This document shows, in pieces, positions 39,266-49,407 of a stretch of 64,000 bases of DNA. The translations under genes were made by a program, and so were the position numbers. The DNA lies in the NCBI GenBank assembly GCA_963776345.1, contig CAVZMH010000016.1:480001-544000 (forward strand). Direction: 5' to 3'. The stretch's first letter is position 1. Each line of letters starts with the position of its first letter. The notes below the pieces were generated by a model. The model ran no database searches and was not told the origin of the DNA. It worked only from the letters and a program-made list of their open reading frames with translations. This DNA is from an uncultured delta proteobacterium. GTDB taxonomy: Bacteria; Myxococcota; Myxococcia; Myxococcales; Myxococcaceae.

Positions 39266-41595
39266 CGCTCGCGCTCCGCCCTGGGCGCGGCGGCCGCCGG
39301 CCTCGCCACGCCCGGCAGCGGGCGCCCGCCGAGCAGCCGGTAGGTGTTCCAGCTCCGGAGCACCCGCTTCACGTAGCCCCTCGTCTCCGACAGAGGAATC
39401 TCCTCCACCCACCGGTCGAGCTCGAAGTCCGGCCGTGCCGCACGCCAGCGGCTCACCGCCCCCTCCCCGGCGTTGTAGCCCGCCAGGGCCAGGGCCACGT
39501 TGCCGTCGAAGGTCTTGAGGAGGCGCGCGAGGTAGGCCGCCCCGAGCTGGATGTTCAGCGCCGGAGCCTGGAGCTGCTCGGCATTCGGCGCCCGGAGGCG
39601 CAGCGCCCGGGCCATCTCCCGCGCGGTGGGGAGCATGAGCTGGGTCAGGCCCACCGCCCCGGCCCACGACAGGGCCCGCGGGTCCAGCGCGCTCTCCTCG
39701 CGCATCAGCGCCTGAAGCAGCTCGGGCTCCACCGGCGAGCCGCGGGTGTACCGCACCACCAGATCGCGGAACGCGTCGGGGTAGGCGATGCTCCACAGGT
39801 CGCGCGATCCCGGGACCACCGGACCGCTGAGGTCCCGCCGCAGCGCCAGCCGGGCGACCCCGTGCGCCGAGCGGGCGTCACCGGTGCGCGCGAGCGCCTC
39901 GACCAGGAGCCGCTGCGCCTGGGGCGGCTGCCCGGCACGGCGCGCGGCGAGCAGCTCGGACGAGGCGGCGTCGTCGAAGCCGAGGCGGAGGAGCTCCACC
40001 CCGGCGAGGAAGTGCCGATCGTCGAGCAGCGTGCCCGAGTCGAGGTCGGTGGGGGGAGGCCCTGACGGCAGCGGAGCGAGCTGGCTGCCGACCCGGGAGG
40101 CCCGCGCTGGATCGCGCTCCGCGAGGCGCTCCCGGGCCATGAGCCCGTAGTAGGTGCCGGGGTGCTCGAGCGCGAGCGCCTCCCAGAGCCCGAGCGCCTC
40201 CGCGGTGCGCTTCTGCTGGTCGAGCACGCGGCCCCGCCAGTACCGCGCGCGCTCGACGTCGTAGCTCTCCTCGGCCGAGCTCCGGGCCTTCTCCAGCGCC
40301 TCGAGGGCGGCCAGCGCCCCCGCCTCGTCGCCCGAGCGGTGCCGGAGCCAGAACGCCTTGAACAGCGCCTCGCCCAGCTGGTCCCCCTCGGGGTAGCGCT
40401 CGGCGATGCGGTCCAGCCGCGACAGGGCCTGCTGGAGCTTGCCGTCCTGGGCGAGGAGATCCGCAGCCACGAAGAGCGCGTCGTCGGCCAGCGGATTCTC
40501 GGGGAACTCCTTCGCCAGGCCGTCGAACGTCTTCACCGCGGCGGGCGGCGAGACCACCGCCTGCGACGTCCCGAGCAGGTACAGGGCGCGGACCCGGAGG
40601 TCCGGGTCGGTGCAGCCGCGCACCACCGGGGAGAGCACCTCCTCCACCTCGGAGTGGCGCCGCTCCTTGCGCAGCGCGCGGCCCTCCACCAGGCGCGCCC
40701 GGCAGGCCAGCGGATCCGGGATGCGGAGCCGGGGGAGCACCGGCCGCAGCACGTCGAGGCCCTGGCGGTTCCTGTGCAGCTCGACCAGCGCCTCGGCCCG
40801 GGCGACCGCCGCCGGGACGGTGAGGCCGGACTTCCCGAGCCGGCGCTCTGCCTGGGCGGCGAGCGGAGACCGGGGGTGGTTGCTCCAGAGGGCGAGAAGC
40901 GCCTGCCGCTCGGCCTCGACGTCCCGCCGCGCCCGGGAGAGGTCGGCCTGGGTGACCAGCGCCTCGGCCGCCACGTCCCGTCCCCACAGCGGGGAACCGC
41001 CACGGGCGAGCGGCTGGAGCGTCTCGACCGCCGCCGACAGCTCTCCCTGCCGCCGGAGGATGCGGGCCAGCCCGAAGCGCGCGTCCGGGTAGACGCGCGA
41101 GGTGGGGGGAACGACGGCGAAGAGGCGGCCGGCCGCGTCCAGCTCGCCGAGCTCCTCGCGGGCGAGCGCGGCCTGGAGCCGGCACCGGTCGCCGATGGCG
41201 GGCAGCTCGGTGGCGAGCGCCTCCAGCTCCGCCGCAGGGGCGGCCGCCGGACGTACCCTCAGCTGGGCGAGCGCACGCAGGTAACGGACCTGGGGCGTGT
41301 CCTCGGCCTTCCCGAGGAGCTGCACCGTGCGCTCGTACCGCCCCGCCTCGAACTCGGCGCGGGGGGCGGCCAGCTCGCCGGTGAACACCGGGTCCAGCAT
41401 CCGGAGATCCACCCGCCGGCCGGCCGGAACGGGCGGGGCGGCGGGCGGCGGACCTGAGGGAAAGGCCGGATTCCAGACCTCGCCCACGTCGTCCGGGACG
41501 AGCCCCCGCTCCACGTCCGGGGCGGGGTCGGTGGCGGCGGCCGACGAGGGGTCGGGCGGGGCGGCGAGAAGGAGGGCGACGAGCGGAAGGAGCAC
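39262..41595 (-). CDS. Soluble lytic transglycosylase (Slt70-like) with TPR repeats
   Basis: MREES, GLTQL, AGYNAG and ETRGYVKRVL. TPR region. Start uncertain. Confidence 0.92.
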   Translation of the reverse strand: MLLPLVALLLAAPPDPSSAAATDPAPDVERGLVPDDVGEVWNPAFPSGPPPAAPPVPAGRRVDLRMLDPVFTGELAAPRAEFEAGRYERTVQLLGKAEDTPQVRYLRALAQLRVRPAAAPAAELEALATELPAIGDRCRLQAALAREELGELDAAGRLFAVVPPTSRVYPDARFGLARILRRQGELSAAVETLQPLARGGSPLWGRDVAAEALVTQADLSRARRDVEAERQALLALWSNHPRSPLAAQAERRLGKSGLTVPAAVARAEALVELHRNRQGLDVLRPVLPRLRIPDPLACRARLVEGRALRKERRHSEVEEVLSPVVRGCTDPDLRVRALYLLGTSQAVVSPPAAVKTFDGLAKEFPENPLADDALFVAADLLAQDGKLQQALSRLDRIAERYPEGDQLGEALFKAFWLRHRSGDEAGALAALEALEKARSSAEESYDVERARYWRGRVLDQQKRTAEALGLWEALALEHPGTYYGLMARERLAERDPARASRVGSQLAPLPSGPPPTDLDSGTLLDDRHFLAGVELLRLGFDDAASSELLAARRAGQPPQAQRLLVEALARTGDARSAHGVARLALRRDLSGPVVPGSRDLWSIAYPDAFRDLVVRYTRGSPVEPELLQALMREESALDPRALSWAGAVGLTQLMLPTAREMARALRLRAPNAEQLQAPALNIQLGAAYLARLLKTFDGNVALALAGYNAGEGAVSRWRAARPDFELDRWVEEIPLSETRGYVKRVLRSWNTYRLLGGRPLPGVARPAAAAPRAERER

Positions 41596-41695
41596 GGCGG
41601 AGCAGGCGAGACCCCGGGGAGTGTGAAGGCTCCGCCCACCGGGCGCAACCATCCGTCCCTCTCGGGATTAGACTCCCAGGTCCCAGGTTCGCCCG

Positions 41696-43900
41696 ATGGA
41701 CATCCGCACCCAGACCGCGCTCCTCGCCTGCATCGTGGCCACGGCCCTCGGCCTCTCCATGGTGCTGCGGTCGAGCCGCGCCCGGGTGCTGACGGCGTAC
41801 TCCCTGTTCGCCTTCACCGCCGGCGCCTTCTACCTGGCCGACTTCCTCCGCAGCGTCTTCCTGTCTGGCGGGCTCACCGGCTGGCCGGTGCGCGTGGTCG
41901 TGGGCGTCCGACTGCTCGCGGCGGCGCTGGTGCCCTCGGCGGCCCTGGGCTTCTTCCTCGAGTTCCTCGGCGGCCAGGCACAGGCGCGGAGGACCAGCCG
42001 CCGGGTGGCCATCTTCTCCGTCATCCTCGGGCTCGCGGTGGCGGTCACGCCCCTGGCCACCTCCGCCTGGGGACGGGGGGTGGTGGCCGCCTGGGCCTTC
42101 GGGACGATGCTGCTGTCCCTCTCGCTCCTGGTCCGGCGCGTCCGGCGCAGCGACTCGAAGACCGAGCGCGCCCGGCTGACCTACCTGGCCATCGGCGCGG
42201 CGGCGGCGCTGCTCTTCACCGCGCTGGACGGCATCGCCGCGCTGGGGGTCCCCTTCCCCACCCTCGGGCCGGTGGTGACCACGCTGTACCTCTTCTTCCT
42301 GGCCCAGACGCTGCTCCGGCTGCGGCTGATGGACCTGCACGAGCTCCTGGGCAAGGTGGCCAGCCAGACGGTGCTGGCGGTGATGCTGGCCCTCGTCTTC
42401 CTGGTGCTCACCGCCTGGGTGAAGGCCAACACCTCGCTCTACCTGTTCAACACCGTGCTGGCGGCCTTCGTCATCGGCATCCTGCTCGAGCCGCTGCGGG
42501 CCAAGGTCGAGGCGCAGGTGGTGCACATCTTCTTCCGCGAGCGGAGCGAGCTGCTCAAGTCGCTCGCCGCGCTCCGGACTCGCCTGGCCAACGTCATCGA
42601 CCCCGGCGAGGCCGCCGAGGTCATCCTCGACGCGCTGGAGGAGACGCGGCGGGTGACGCACGCCTCGGTGTACCTGCTCGCCGAGGACCGGCCGGGGTTC
42701 CAGCGGGTGAACTTCCGCGGACCGGAGCCGGTGCCCTTCCTGGACGCGGCGGCGGCCCGCGGTCTCCTCTCCGCGGCGGCCAGCGGGCAGAAGGCGCTCC
42801 TGCTCGAGAATCTCGAGAGGCGGGTCATCGAGATGCGGACGCGGGGGCCGGAGGGGCGGCGGAGCCGGGAGGAGCTGAAGCGCACCCTGGACACCCGCAA
42901 TGCGCTCCTCCAGCTCAAGTCGGCGTTCAGCGTTCCGCTGGTGGGCGGCGACCGGGTGGTGGGCTTCCTGAACCTGTGGGACGAGCGGGTCCCCGAGGCC
43001 TTCGCCTCGGACGAGATCGCCATGGTGCTCGAGCTGGCCGAGCGGCTGGCGACCATCGTCGAGAACAGCAAGCTGTACGAGCGAATGCGCGAGCGCGACC
43101 GGCTCGCGGCGCTCGGCGAGATGGCGGCCGGCCTGGCGCACGAGATCAGGAACCCGCTCGGAGCGATCAAGGGCGCGGCCCAGTGCCTCGCACCGCGGCC
43201 CCGGGCCGGCGAGGAGGGCGAGTTCCTGGACGTCATCGTCGAGGAGGTCAACCGGCTCAACGGCGTGGTGACCCAGTTCCTCGACTACGCCCGCCCGCTG
43301 AAGCAGAGCTTCGGGACGGTGGACATCAACGAGGTGGTGGCCCGCACCATCCGGCTCATCCAGAACGAGGTGCCCGGCCGGCTGGCGCTGGTGGTGGAGC
43401 TCGGCGAGTCGCTCCCGGCGGTCGAGGGCGACCCGGAGCAGCTCAAGCAGGTGCTCATCAACCTGGTCCAGAACGCCATCCAGGCGCTGGGCACCGCCCC
43501 GGGCACCATCCGGGTCCGGACCCGCGGACCCGACCGCTTCGCGGACCTGCGGGCGGCGGGCGAGTTCGTGGAGATCGACGTCACCGACGACGGACCGGGC
43601 ATCCCGCCGGAGCAGCAGCCGAACATCTTCGTGCCCTTCTTCACCACCAAGCAGAAGGGCACCGGGCTGGGGCTGGCCATCTGCCAGCGCATCGTCAAGA
43701 ACCACGGGGGCAGCATCTCGGTGCAGAGCCGGGTGGGAGACGGGTCCACCTTCGTGGTGCGCCTGCCGGCGCTGGCCAGCGCGGGGGCAACCCGGGTCCC
43801 GGAACCGCCACGCGACGGAACGCCGACCCCGGGCGAGCTGGGGCTGCGACAGAGCCGTCGGGAACGGGCGCGCGAGCGACGACGCCGCTCGTCGGTGTAG
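41696..43900 (+). CDS. Multi-TM sensor histidine kinase with GAF domain (NtrB-type core)
   Basis: About 8 TM segments, GAF, AHEIRNPL, NLVQNA and PFFTTK..GTGLGL. Confidence 0.92.
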   Translation: MDIRTQTALLACIVATALGLSMVLRSSRARVLTAYSLFAFTAGAFYLADFLRSVFLSGGLTGWPVRVVVGVRLLAAALVPSAALGFFLEFLGGQAQARRTSRRVAIFSVILGLAVAVTPLATSAWGRGVVAAWAFGTMLLSLSLLVRRVRRSDSKTERARLTYLAIGAAAALLFTALDGIAALGVPFPTLGPVVTTLYLFFLAQTLLRLRLMDLHELLGKVASQTVLAVMLALVFLVLTAWVKANTSLYLFNTVLAAFVIGILLEPLRAKVEAQVVHIFFRERSELLKSLAALRTRLANVIDPGEAAEVILDALEETRRVTHASVYLLAEDRPGFQRVNFRGPEPVPFLDAAAARGLLSAAASGQKALLLENLERRVIEMRTRGPEGRRSREELKRTLDTRNALLQLKSAFSVPLVGGDRVVGFLNLWDERVPEAFASDEIAMVLELAERLATIVENSKLYERMRERDRLAALGEMAAGLAHEIRNPLGAIKGAAQCLAPRPRAGEEGEFLDVIVEEVNRLNGVVTQFLDYARPLKQSFGTVDINEVVARTIRLIQNEVPGRLALVVELGESLPAVEGDPEQLKQVLINLVQNAIQALGTAPGTIRVRTRGPDRFADLRAAGEFVEIDVTDDGPGIPPEQQPNIFVPFFTTKQKGTGLGLAICQRIVKNHGGSISVQSRVGDGSTFVVRLPALASAGATRVPEPPRDGTPTPGELGLRQSRRERARERRRRSSV

Positions 43901-43928
43901 GAGCGGCTCTCACTCGCTCTCGCCGCCT

Positions 43929-43955
43929 TCGCAAACTTTGCGAGGAAAAGATTGC
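43929..43955. promoter_or_regulatory. Candidate enhancer-binding-protein sites (palindrome plus degenerate tandem copy)
   Basis: TCGCAAA-C-TTTGCGA at 43929-43, followed by GAAAAGATTGCG, about 90-100 bp upstream of the sigma54 motif. Confidence 0.5.
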
Positions 43956-44026
43956 GTCGACTTGGCCGCGGGAGCCCTGGGTCGGCGCAACCTGCCTTGA
44001 CCACGGCGGAAACCGGCTCGGCGGCC

Positions 44027-44041
44027 TGGCGTACGGCTTGC
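44027..44041 (+). promoter_or_regulatory. Sigma54 (-24/-12) promoter of the pilY1 operon
   Basis: TGGCGTACGGCTTGC matches TGGC-N7-TTGC with exact GG-N10-GC spacing. Confidence 0.7.
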
Positions 44042-44056
44042 TGCCCTCGCCATCCG

Positions 44057-47000
44057 ATGCGACAGCTCAAGCTCGTCCCCCAGTTCGCGGTGATGTGGGT
44101 CCTGGTCTTCGTGATGGCGGCCGGTCCGCTCCCGCTTGGAATCCCGCGGGCGGAAGCCGCACCGAGCGTCACGGACCTTCCGGGCCTCCAGAACTTCTAC
44201 AGCCCGAAGGTCTTCATCGTCTTCGACACCAGCAAGTCGATGCAGTACCGGCCGGCGGACCCGAACAGCGATCCCACCGCGAAGGACGACGACTGGGACC
44301 CGAACGTCCCCACCCCGGACACCGCGTGTCGAAACAAGTTCTGCATCGGCAAGCGCGCGCTGTACCGCACGCTGCCCAAGTACAGCCCCCGCATCGAGAT
44401 GGGGCTCTCGGGCTACAACCAGTACTACCAGCTCACCACCCGGCCCTCGACCCTCGGGACGCAGTGCACGTACGACCGCATCGCGCTCGGCTACACGGGG
44501 TCGTACACCTTCGGCCCGGTGCTCGACGACCTCGACGGCACCGGCCCGACCGGTCCGACCGGACTGGCAGCGGTGCCGTTCAGCTACACCCCGCCGGGCC
44601 TCGGGACGAGTCACCCGACCCAGAAGTGGGTCGTCCAGACCGGACCCAGCGGGGACATCCTCTCGAAGAACGTGGGCAACGGAACGGGAGGTGCCGGAAG
44701 CCAGATGAGCGTCACGCTCCTGGCCGGACAGGCGTCCCCGGGCGGCGCCAAGTCGCTGCCCGGCGGCACGTTCACCTACGACTGGTTCCAGACCGTCAAC
44801 ACCGCGGGGGCAATCAGCCTCGTCAAGGGCGCCACCTGCACCACCCCCATCCTCGGGTACAACGCGGGGGCCTGCGCGGCGGACCCTTGCGACCTCACGC
44901 TCACCGGTGAGCACGTCACGCCGTTTCCGCCGTTCACCTCCGGAACCGACCTCGGCGATCCCTACGTCTCGGGGACCACGACGTACTCCCGGTCTGGACC
45001 GACCACGGTCGGCTTCACCGATCTCTGCGGCAAGACCAGCCCGTACACCGGCACCGGGGGGGGCTGCAACGGCGTGTTCGGCGGCTGCAACATCAGCCAG
45101 ACCGCCGGGCCGTACACCATCTTCACCAGCGGGATCAGCAACTACTACGACGCGAGTTACGTCCCCGGCGCGAGCTGGCAGCTGGTGGGAACGACCGGCA
45201 GCACCGTGGACATCCAGCTGGTCACCGTCGGCACCACCTGCCCGGCCATCAGCACCGTGGTCACGGACACCTCGGGTCCGGCGGAGTGGCAGTCGATCGC
45301 GACCGGCGGCACTGGACCCGGCGTGGGCACGGTCTCCACGGGTTGCAGCGCCGCGGCGGGGAAGAAGTGCAGCTGGACGATGATCAGCGACTACGTCGTG
45401 TCCGGCGAGACCAACCAGCACTTCTGCAAGTTCCAGCGGACGATCTACCAGTGGCAGCCCACGGCGCAGCGTTGCGACTACCAGACGCAGGAGTGGACCT
45501 ACAACACCGCCCAGGGCACTCCCTACTGCGACTACAAGTTCGACCGTGATTACTACACGACGCCGAAGTACACGTACGCGTACGTTCCGAACGACGGAGA
45601 CATCCTCGGGCAGACGGCCTGGTCCTACATCGGCAACGACGACCTGAACAACACGCCCTCGGCGGTGACGTACACCAACGGCAGCTTCAGCAACGGCGAC
45701 TGCCCGAATCTCGTGTCGAGCAGCGCCGCCCATCCCCAGTGCAGCGGCGGGGTGGTGTGCAAGCTCGCCTGGGCCAGCGACACCACCATCGGTGTGACCA
45801 ACTACCCGCGCGGACGCTACACCGGCGTCCCGGGCGGCCCCTGGGGGACCGCGCCCCTCCCCTATCCGTCCGGGGAGCCCGTGGCGAGCCTGACCGACCC
45901 GCTGTTCCCTCCGAGCCCCATGGCCTACGCCGGGGACTGGATCGCGTCGATCGGCGCGAAGGAGGCGTACTGGGTCACGCTGATTGCGAACTACTACGAC
46001 ACCAGCGCCACCAACCCGCCCGCCCCGCCGCTGTTCGTCCCTCCGTCCTGCGGAGGGATCTGCACCTTCCAGTACGCGTACACCCAGCCGGTGGGTCTGG
46101 TCACCGATTCGACGTTCCTGGTCGACGCGGTCACCTCGCCGCTGGCACCGGGGGCCTTCAGCGCCGTCGCGGCCACCATGCCTCCGAACCGCAACAGCGG
46201 CTGGGCGCAGCTGCCGGACAAGGTGACTCCGGCCATCTCCTGGCAAGGAGTGGCACTGAACAACGCCCTCAACGGCGCCACACCCGCCACCGATGGCCCC
46301 CTTCTGAAGATGCTGTCCAAGTACGATCCGACCAACAACCCCACCGGTGTGCAGATGCCAAACTTCGGTGACTACACGCCCTTGACCGGCTCGCTCACCA
46401 ACGTGGCCGAGTACCTCCGCAGCTACATCGACGCGGACCCCTACGCCGGTTGCGGCCGCAAGTACTACGTCCTGCTGCTCACCGACGGCGAGGAGCAACC
46501 TCCCCTCGCGGGCAACGACCCGGTCGGCGCCGTGACCGCGCTCCGGAATCTCGTCACCAACGGCGGGATCCCGGTGGACGTGAAGACCTTCGTCATCGGG
46601 TTCGGCTTCAGCGCACCCTCTCCCCAGCTGAACGCCATGGCCCGCGCGGGCGGGACCTCCGTCTCGGCGACGGACTCGAGCAAGCTGGACCTGACGAGCG
46701 GCGTCGCGCTCGATGGAACCGACGAGGCGCGCCTGTTCGCCTCGCTCGACATCACCTTCGGAAAGATCCTCTCGGGCTTCTTCAGCCGCTCCAAGCCGGT
46801 GGTGAACATGCTCGGGACGGAGATGTTCGTCGGGTACATGCGAATCCTCCAGGGCCTCGAGTGGCAGGGCAAGCTCGACGCCATCGACATCAAGACCTTG
46901 AACCTGCCGAACCTCGCCAACACACTGACCAGCGACGGCAGCTACATCTATCTCTGGCGTTACGGCGACGTGATCGACACGCAGAGCTCGCGGAAGGTGT

Positions 47001-48838
47001 ACACGTCCCTGAATCCCAACGCGGGCAACCGGATCTGGTTCGACTACTCCGGGTGCAGCGGCGGCACGCACACCTGCACCAGCGCCGCCGGCTGGAACAC
47101 CAACGCCGGCGCGGACCAGACGGCACTGGAGACCCAGATCGACGGCAGCTCGCCATCGGTCGCCAAGGAGACCATCGCCTTCCTGCTCAACCCCGGCGCG
47201 CCCGTCTCGCCCGAGCTCTTCGACGACGGGAAGACGGCCAAGACCTCCAGGGCCTCGGACATCTTCCACGCCGTCCCGGCCGTCGTGGAGGGCGCCGCCC
47301 AGAGCACGACCTGGCCCGAGCTGACCGAGGCCATGGCCTACCAGGCGTTCCGGAACGATGTCCTCATCGCCAATCGCGAGAAGACCGTCTACATCGGCGC
47401 GAATGACGGCATGCTGCACGCGGTCAGGGACATGGTGACCGTCGATTCCGGCGGGTTCCCGGTCGCGCAGCCCGGGGCGGGCGAGGAACGCTGGGGTTAC
47501 GTGCCGCAGCAGCTCCTCCCGAAGCTGAAGAACATGCGGCACGCCCACGACTACGGAGTGGACGGCAGCGTCGCGGTGGCGGACGTCTGCGGGAACGGGT
47601 TCAGCGGCAGCCCCTGCACGGTCAAGGACGGATGGCGGACGCTGCTGGTCGGGGCGCTCGGAAAGGGCGGCGGCGGGCTCTACGCCCTCGACATCACGGA
47701 CCCCGCGGATCCCCAGCCGAAGTGGGAGGTCTCCGCGCCGGTGAGCATGGTCGCCTCGAGGACCTACTCGCCGCGCCTGGGCGAGACCTGGGGCGCTCCG
47801 GTCATCGCCCGGACCCAGCTCCCTGCGTCGCGCCCCTGGTCGGTCTTCGTGGGCGGTGGCGTGGTCCCCGGGATCGACCTGATCCAGCCCTGGGGCAACC
47901 TGTTCTACGTCCTCGACGCGCGGACCGGCCAGGTCCTCACGGATGGAGCGAACAGCGCCGCCTTCCAGATCTGGGATGACCCCGCCGATCCGGCGCCGAA
48001 CGGCGTCGCCACCCGTCCCACCCTCTTCCGGCCCGGGGACGGCGCCGTGGCGCGCAAGGTCTTCTTCGCCGACACCGAGGGGAAGGTCTGGCGGATGGAC
48101 CTGAGCAGCACCGACATGACCACCTGGAAGCCCTGGAGCGTCGGCCAGGATCCGTTCTTCGATCCTGCGAGCACCAACCCGGTCTGCTCTCTCAACGTGA
48201 GCGGCGTCCCCACGCCCATCCTGGACGCGACCAGCGGTGTCCAGGTGGTGAGCGGCGTTCCGCTCACCCTCCCGATCCCGACGGTGCCCCGCCCGAAGAT
48301 CTACAATCGGCCGATGCTCGCCCTGGACACGACGGGGTCTCTGAACGTCTACCTGGGCACGGGCGACTCGGACAACCCCGGCCAGCTCGGAGCCTACGAC
48401 TACCTCTACGGCCTCGCGGACACGGGCAGCACCTGCGCCGCGCCGCTGTTCGTGCTGCGCTTCGATCCCGGGGAGAAGGTCCTGTCCGAGCCGGCATTCC
48501 TGAACAACACCATCTTCGTGACCACCTACGCCCCGGTCTCCACGGCGGGTCACATCTGCGAGGTCGGCCGTGGATTCCTCTACTCGTTCGACGCCCGGAC
48601 CGGCCTGCCGGTGCTCGCCCTGAAGGATCCATTCAACGGCGACGCGCCGATCTCCAAGCTCGACCTCGGCGACCTCCGCAACCCCCAGCTCGGGCAGGGC
48701 GGCATTCCCAGCGCCCCGATCATCCGCGGCAACAAGCTGTACGTGGCGAACGAGACCGACCCCTCGCACCCCCGACAGATCGACCTGGTGGGCTCGCCGC
48801 TCAGTGTGAAGGTGCGAGGATGGCAGCGCGTCAAGTGA
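44057..48838 (+). CDS. pilY1: Type IV pilus tip adhesin PilY1/PilC with split vWA domain
   Basis: Signal peptide (RAEA). FDTSKSM MIDAS, LLTDGEE and TFVIGFG. PilC propeller motifs VYIGANDGMLHA, EERWGYVP, YGVDGS, YALDITDP, LGETWGAP and terminal WQRVK. Confidence 0.93.
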   Translation: MRQLKLVPQFAVMWVLVFVMAAGPLPLGIPRAEAAPSVTDLPGLQNFYSPKVFIVFDTSKSMQYRPADPNSDPTAKDDDWDPNVPTPDTACRNKFCIGKRALYRTLPKYSPRIEMGLSGYNQYYQLTTRPSTLGTQCTYDRIALGYTGSYTFGPVLDDLDGTGPTGPTGLAAVPFSYTPPGLGTSHPTQKWVVQTGPSGDILSKNVGNGTGGAGSQMSVTLLAGQASPGGAKSLPGGTFTYDWFQTVNTAGAISLVKGATCTTPILGYNAGACAADPCDLTLTGEHVTPFPPFTSGTDLGDPYVSGTTTYSRSGPTTVGFTDLCGKTSPYTGTGGGCNGVFGGCNISQTAGPYTIFTSGISNYYDASYVPGASWQLVGTTGSTVDIQLVTVGTTCPAISTVVTDTSGPAEWQSIATGGTGPGVGTVSTGCSAAAGKKCSWTMISDYVVSGETNQHFCKFQRTIYQWQPTAQRCDYQTQEWTYNTAQGTPYCDYKFDRDYYTTPKYTYAYVPNDGDILGQTAWSYIGNDDLNNTPSAVTYTNGSFSNGDCPNLVSSSAAHPQCSGGVVCKLAWASDTTIGVTNYPRGRYTGVPGGPWGTAPLPYPSGEPVASLTDPLFPPSPMAYAGDWIASIGAKEAYWVTLIANYYDTSATNPPAPPLFVPPSCGGICTFQYAYTQPVGLVTDSTFLVDAVTSPLAPGAFSAVAATMPPNRNSGWAQLPDKVTPAISWQGVALNNALNGATPATDGPLLKMLSKYDPTNNPTGVQMPNFGDYTPLTGSLTNVAEYLRSYIDADPYAGCGRKYYVLLLTDGEEQPPLAGNDPVGAVTALRNLVTNGGIPVDVKTFVIGFGFSAPSPQLNAMARAGGTSVSATDSSKLDLTSGVALDGTDEARLFASLDITFGKILSGFFSRSKPVVNMLGTEMFVGYMRILQGLEWQGKLDAIDIKTLNLPNLANTLTSDGSYIYLWRYGDVIDTQSSRKVYTSLNPNAGNRIWFDYSGCSGGTHTCTSAAGWNTNAGADQTALETQIDGSSPSVAKETIAFLLNPGAPVSPELFDDGKTAKTSRASDIFHAVPAVVEGAAQSTTWPELTEAMAYQAFRNDVLIANREKTVYIGANDGMLHAVRDMVTVDSGGFPVAQPGAGEERWGYVPQQLLPKLKNMRHAHDYGVDGSVAVADVCGNGFSGSPCTVKDGWRTLLVGALGKGGGGLYALDITDPADPQPKWEVSAPVSMVASRTYSPRLGETWGAPVIARTQLPASRPWSVFVGGGVVPGIDLIQPWGNLFYVLDARTGQVLTDGANSAAFQIWDDPADPAPNGVATRPTLFRPGDGAVARKVFFADTEGKVWRMDLSSTDMTTWKPWSVGQDPFFDPASTNPVCSLNVSGVPTPILDATSGVQVVSGVPLTLPIPTVPRPKIYNRPMLALDTTGSLNVYLGTGDSDNPGQLGAYDYLYGLADTGSTCAAPLFVLRFDPGEKVLSEPAFLNNTIFVTTYAPVSTAGHICEVGRGFLYSFDARTGLPVLALKDPFNGDAPISKLDLGDLRNPQLGQGGIPSAPIIRGNKLYVANETDPSHPRQIDLVGSPLSVKVRGWQRVK

Positions 48839-49407
48839 GCCGGACGGCCCGGGGCTTCACGCTCATCGAGCTGATGGTGACGGTGGCCATCTGCGCCATC
48901 CTCGTCGCCATCGCGAGCAACGCCCTGAGCAACGCGCGGAAGGTCGCGCGGGTGGCCGGAGAGGCACGGCTCGTTCTCCAGCGGCTCCAGTCGGTGAGGA
49001 CCAGCGCCGTCGGCCAGGGGGCTGCGCAGGGCTACTACTTCGGCCCCAACGGGGCGGGCGCAGCAGGGCCGGACGCCAACCAGGGATTCGTCTTCTACAT
49101 GCAGAACCCGACCGCGACGGTGGTCAGCTATGTGGCCGGCATCGACCGGCCGGACCCCTATCGCGACACGCTGCCGACCAGCGGAGGTCAATCGCTGGTG
49201 GTGGTCACCGGGGCGGGGGTCGCCCAGCCGGCCCCCTTCCAGATCGGCTTCGACATGAACGGGCAGGTGACCGTCACGCCGCTGCCCCTCGCCTTCCCCT
49301 ACTGCATCCAGATCAGCGACTTCACCGATCCGGTGATCGTCCGCTACGTGATCCTGTTCAACGATGGAACGGCAAAGGTTCAGCGTGATGAGACCTGGTG
49401 TCCGTAG
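48820..49407 (+). CDS. fimU: Minor pilin, FimU/FimT-like
   Basis: Prepilin motif RG|FTLIELMV. Confidence 0.8.
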   Translation: MAARQVSRTARGFTLIELMVTVAICAILVAIASNALSNARKVARVAGEARLVLQRLQSVRTSAVGQGAAQGYYFGPNGAGAAGPDANQGFVFYMQNPTATVVSYVAGIDRPDPYRDTLPTSGGQSLVVVTGAGVAQPAPFQIGFDMNGQVTVTPLPLAFPYCIQISDFTDPVIVRYVILFNDGTAKVQRDETWCP

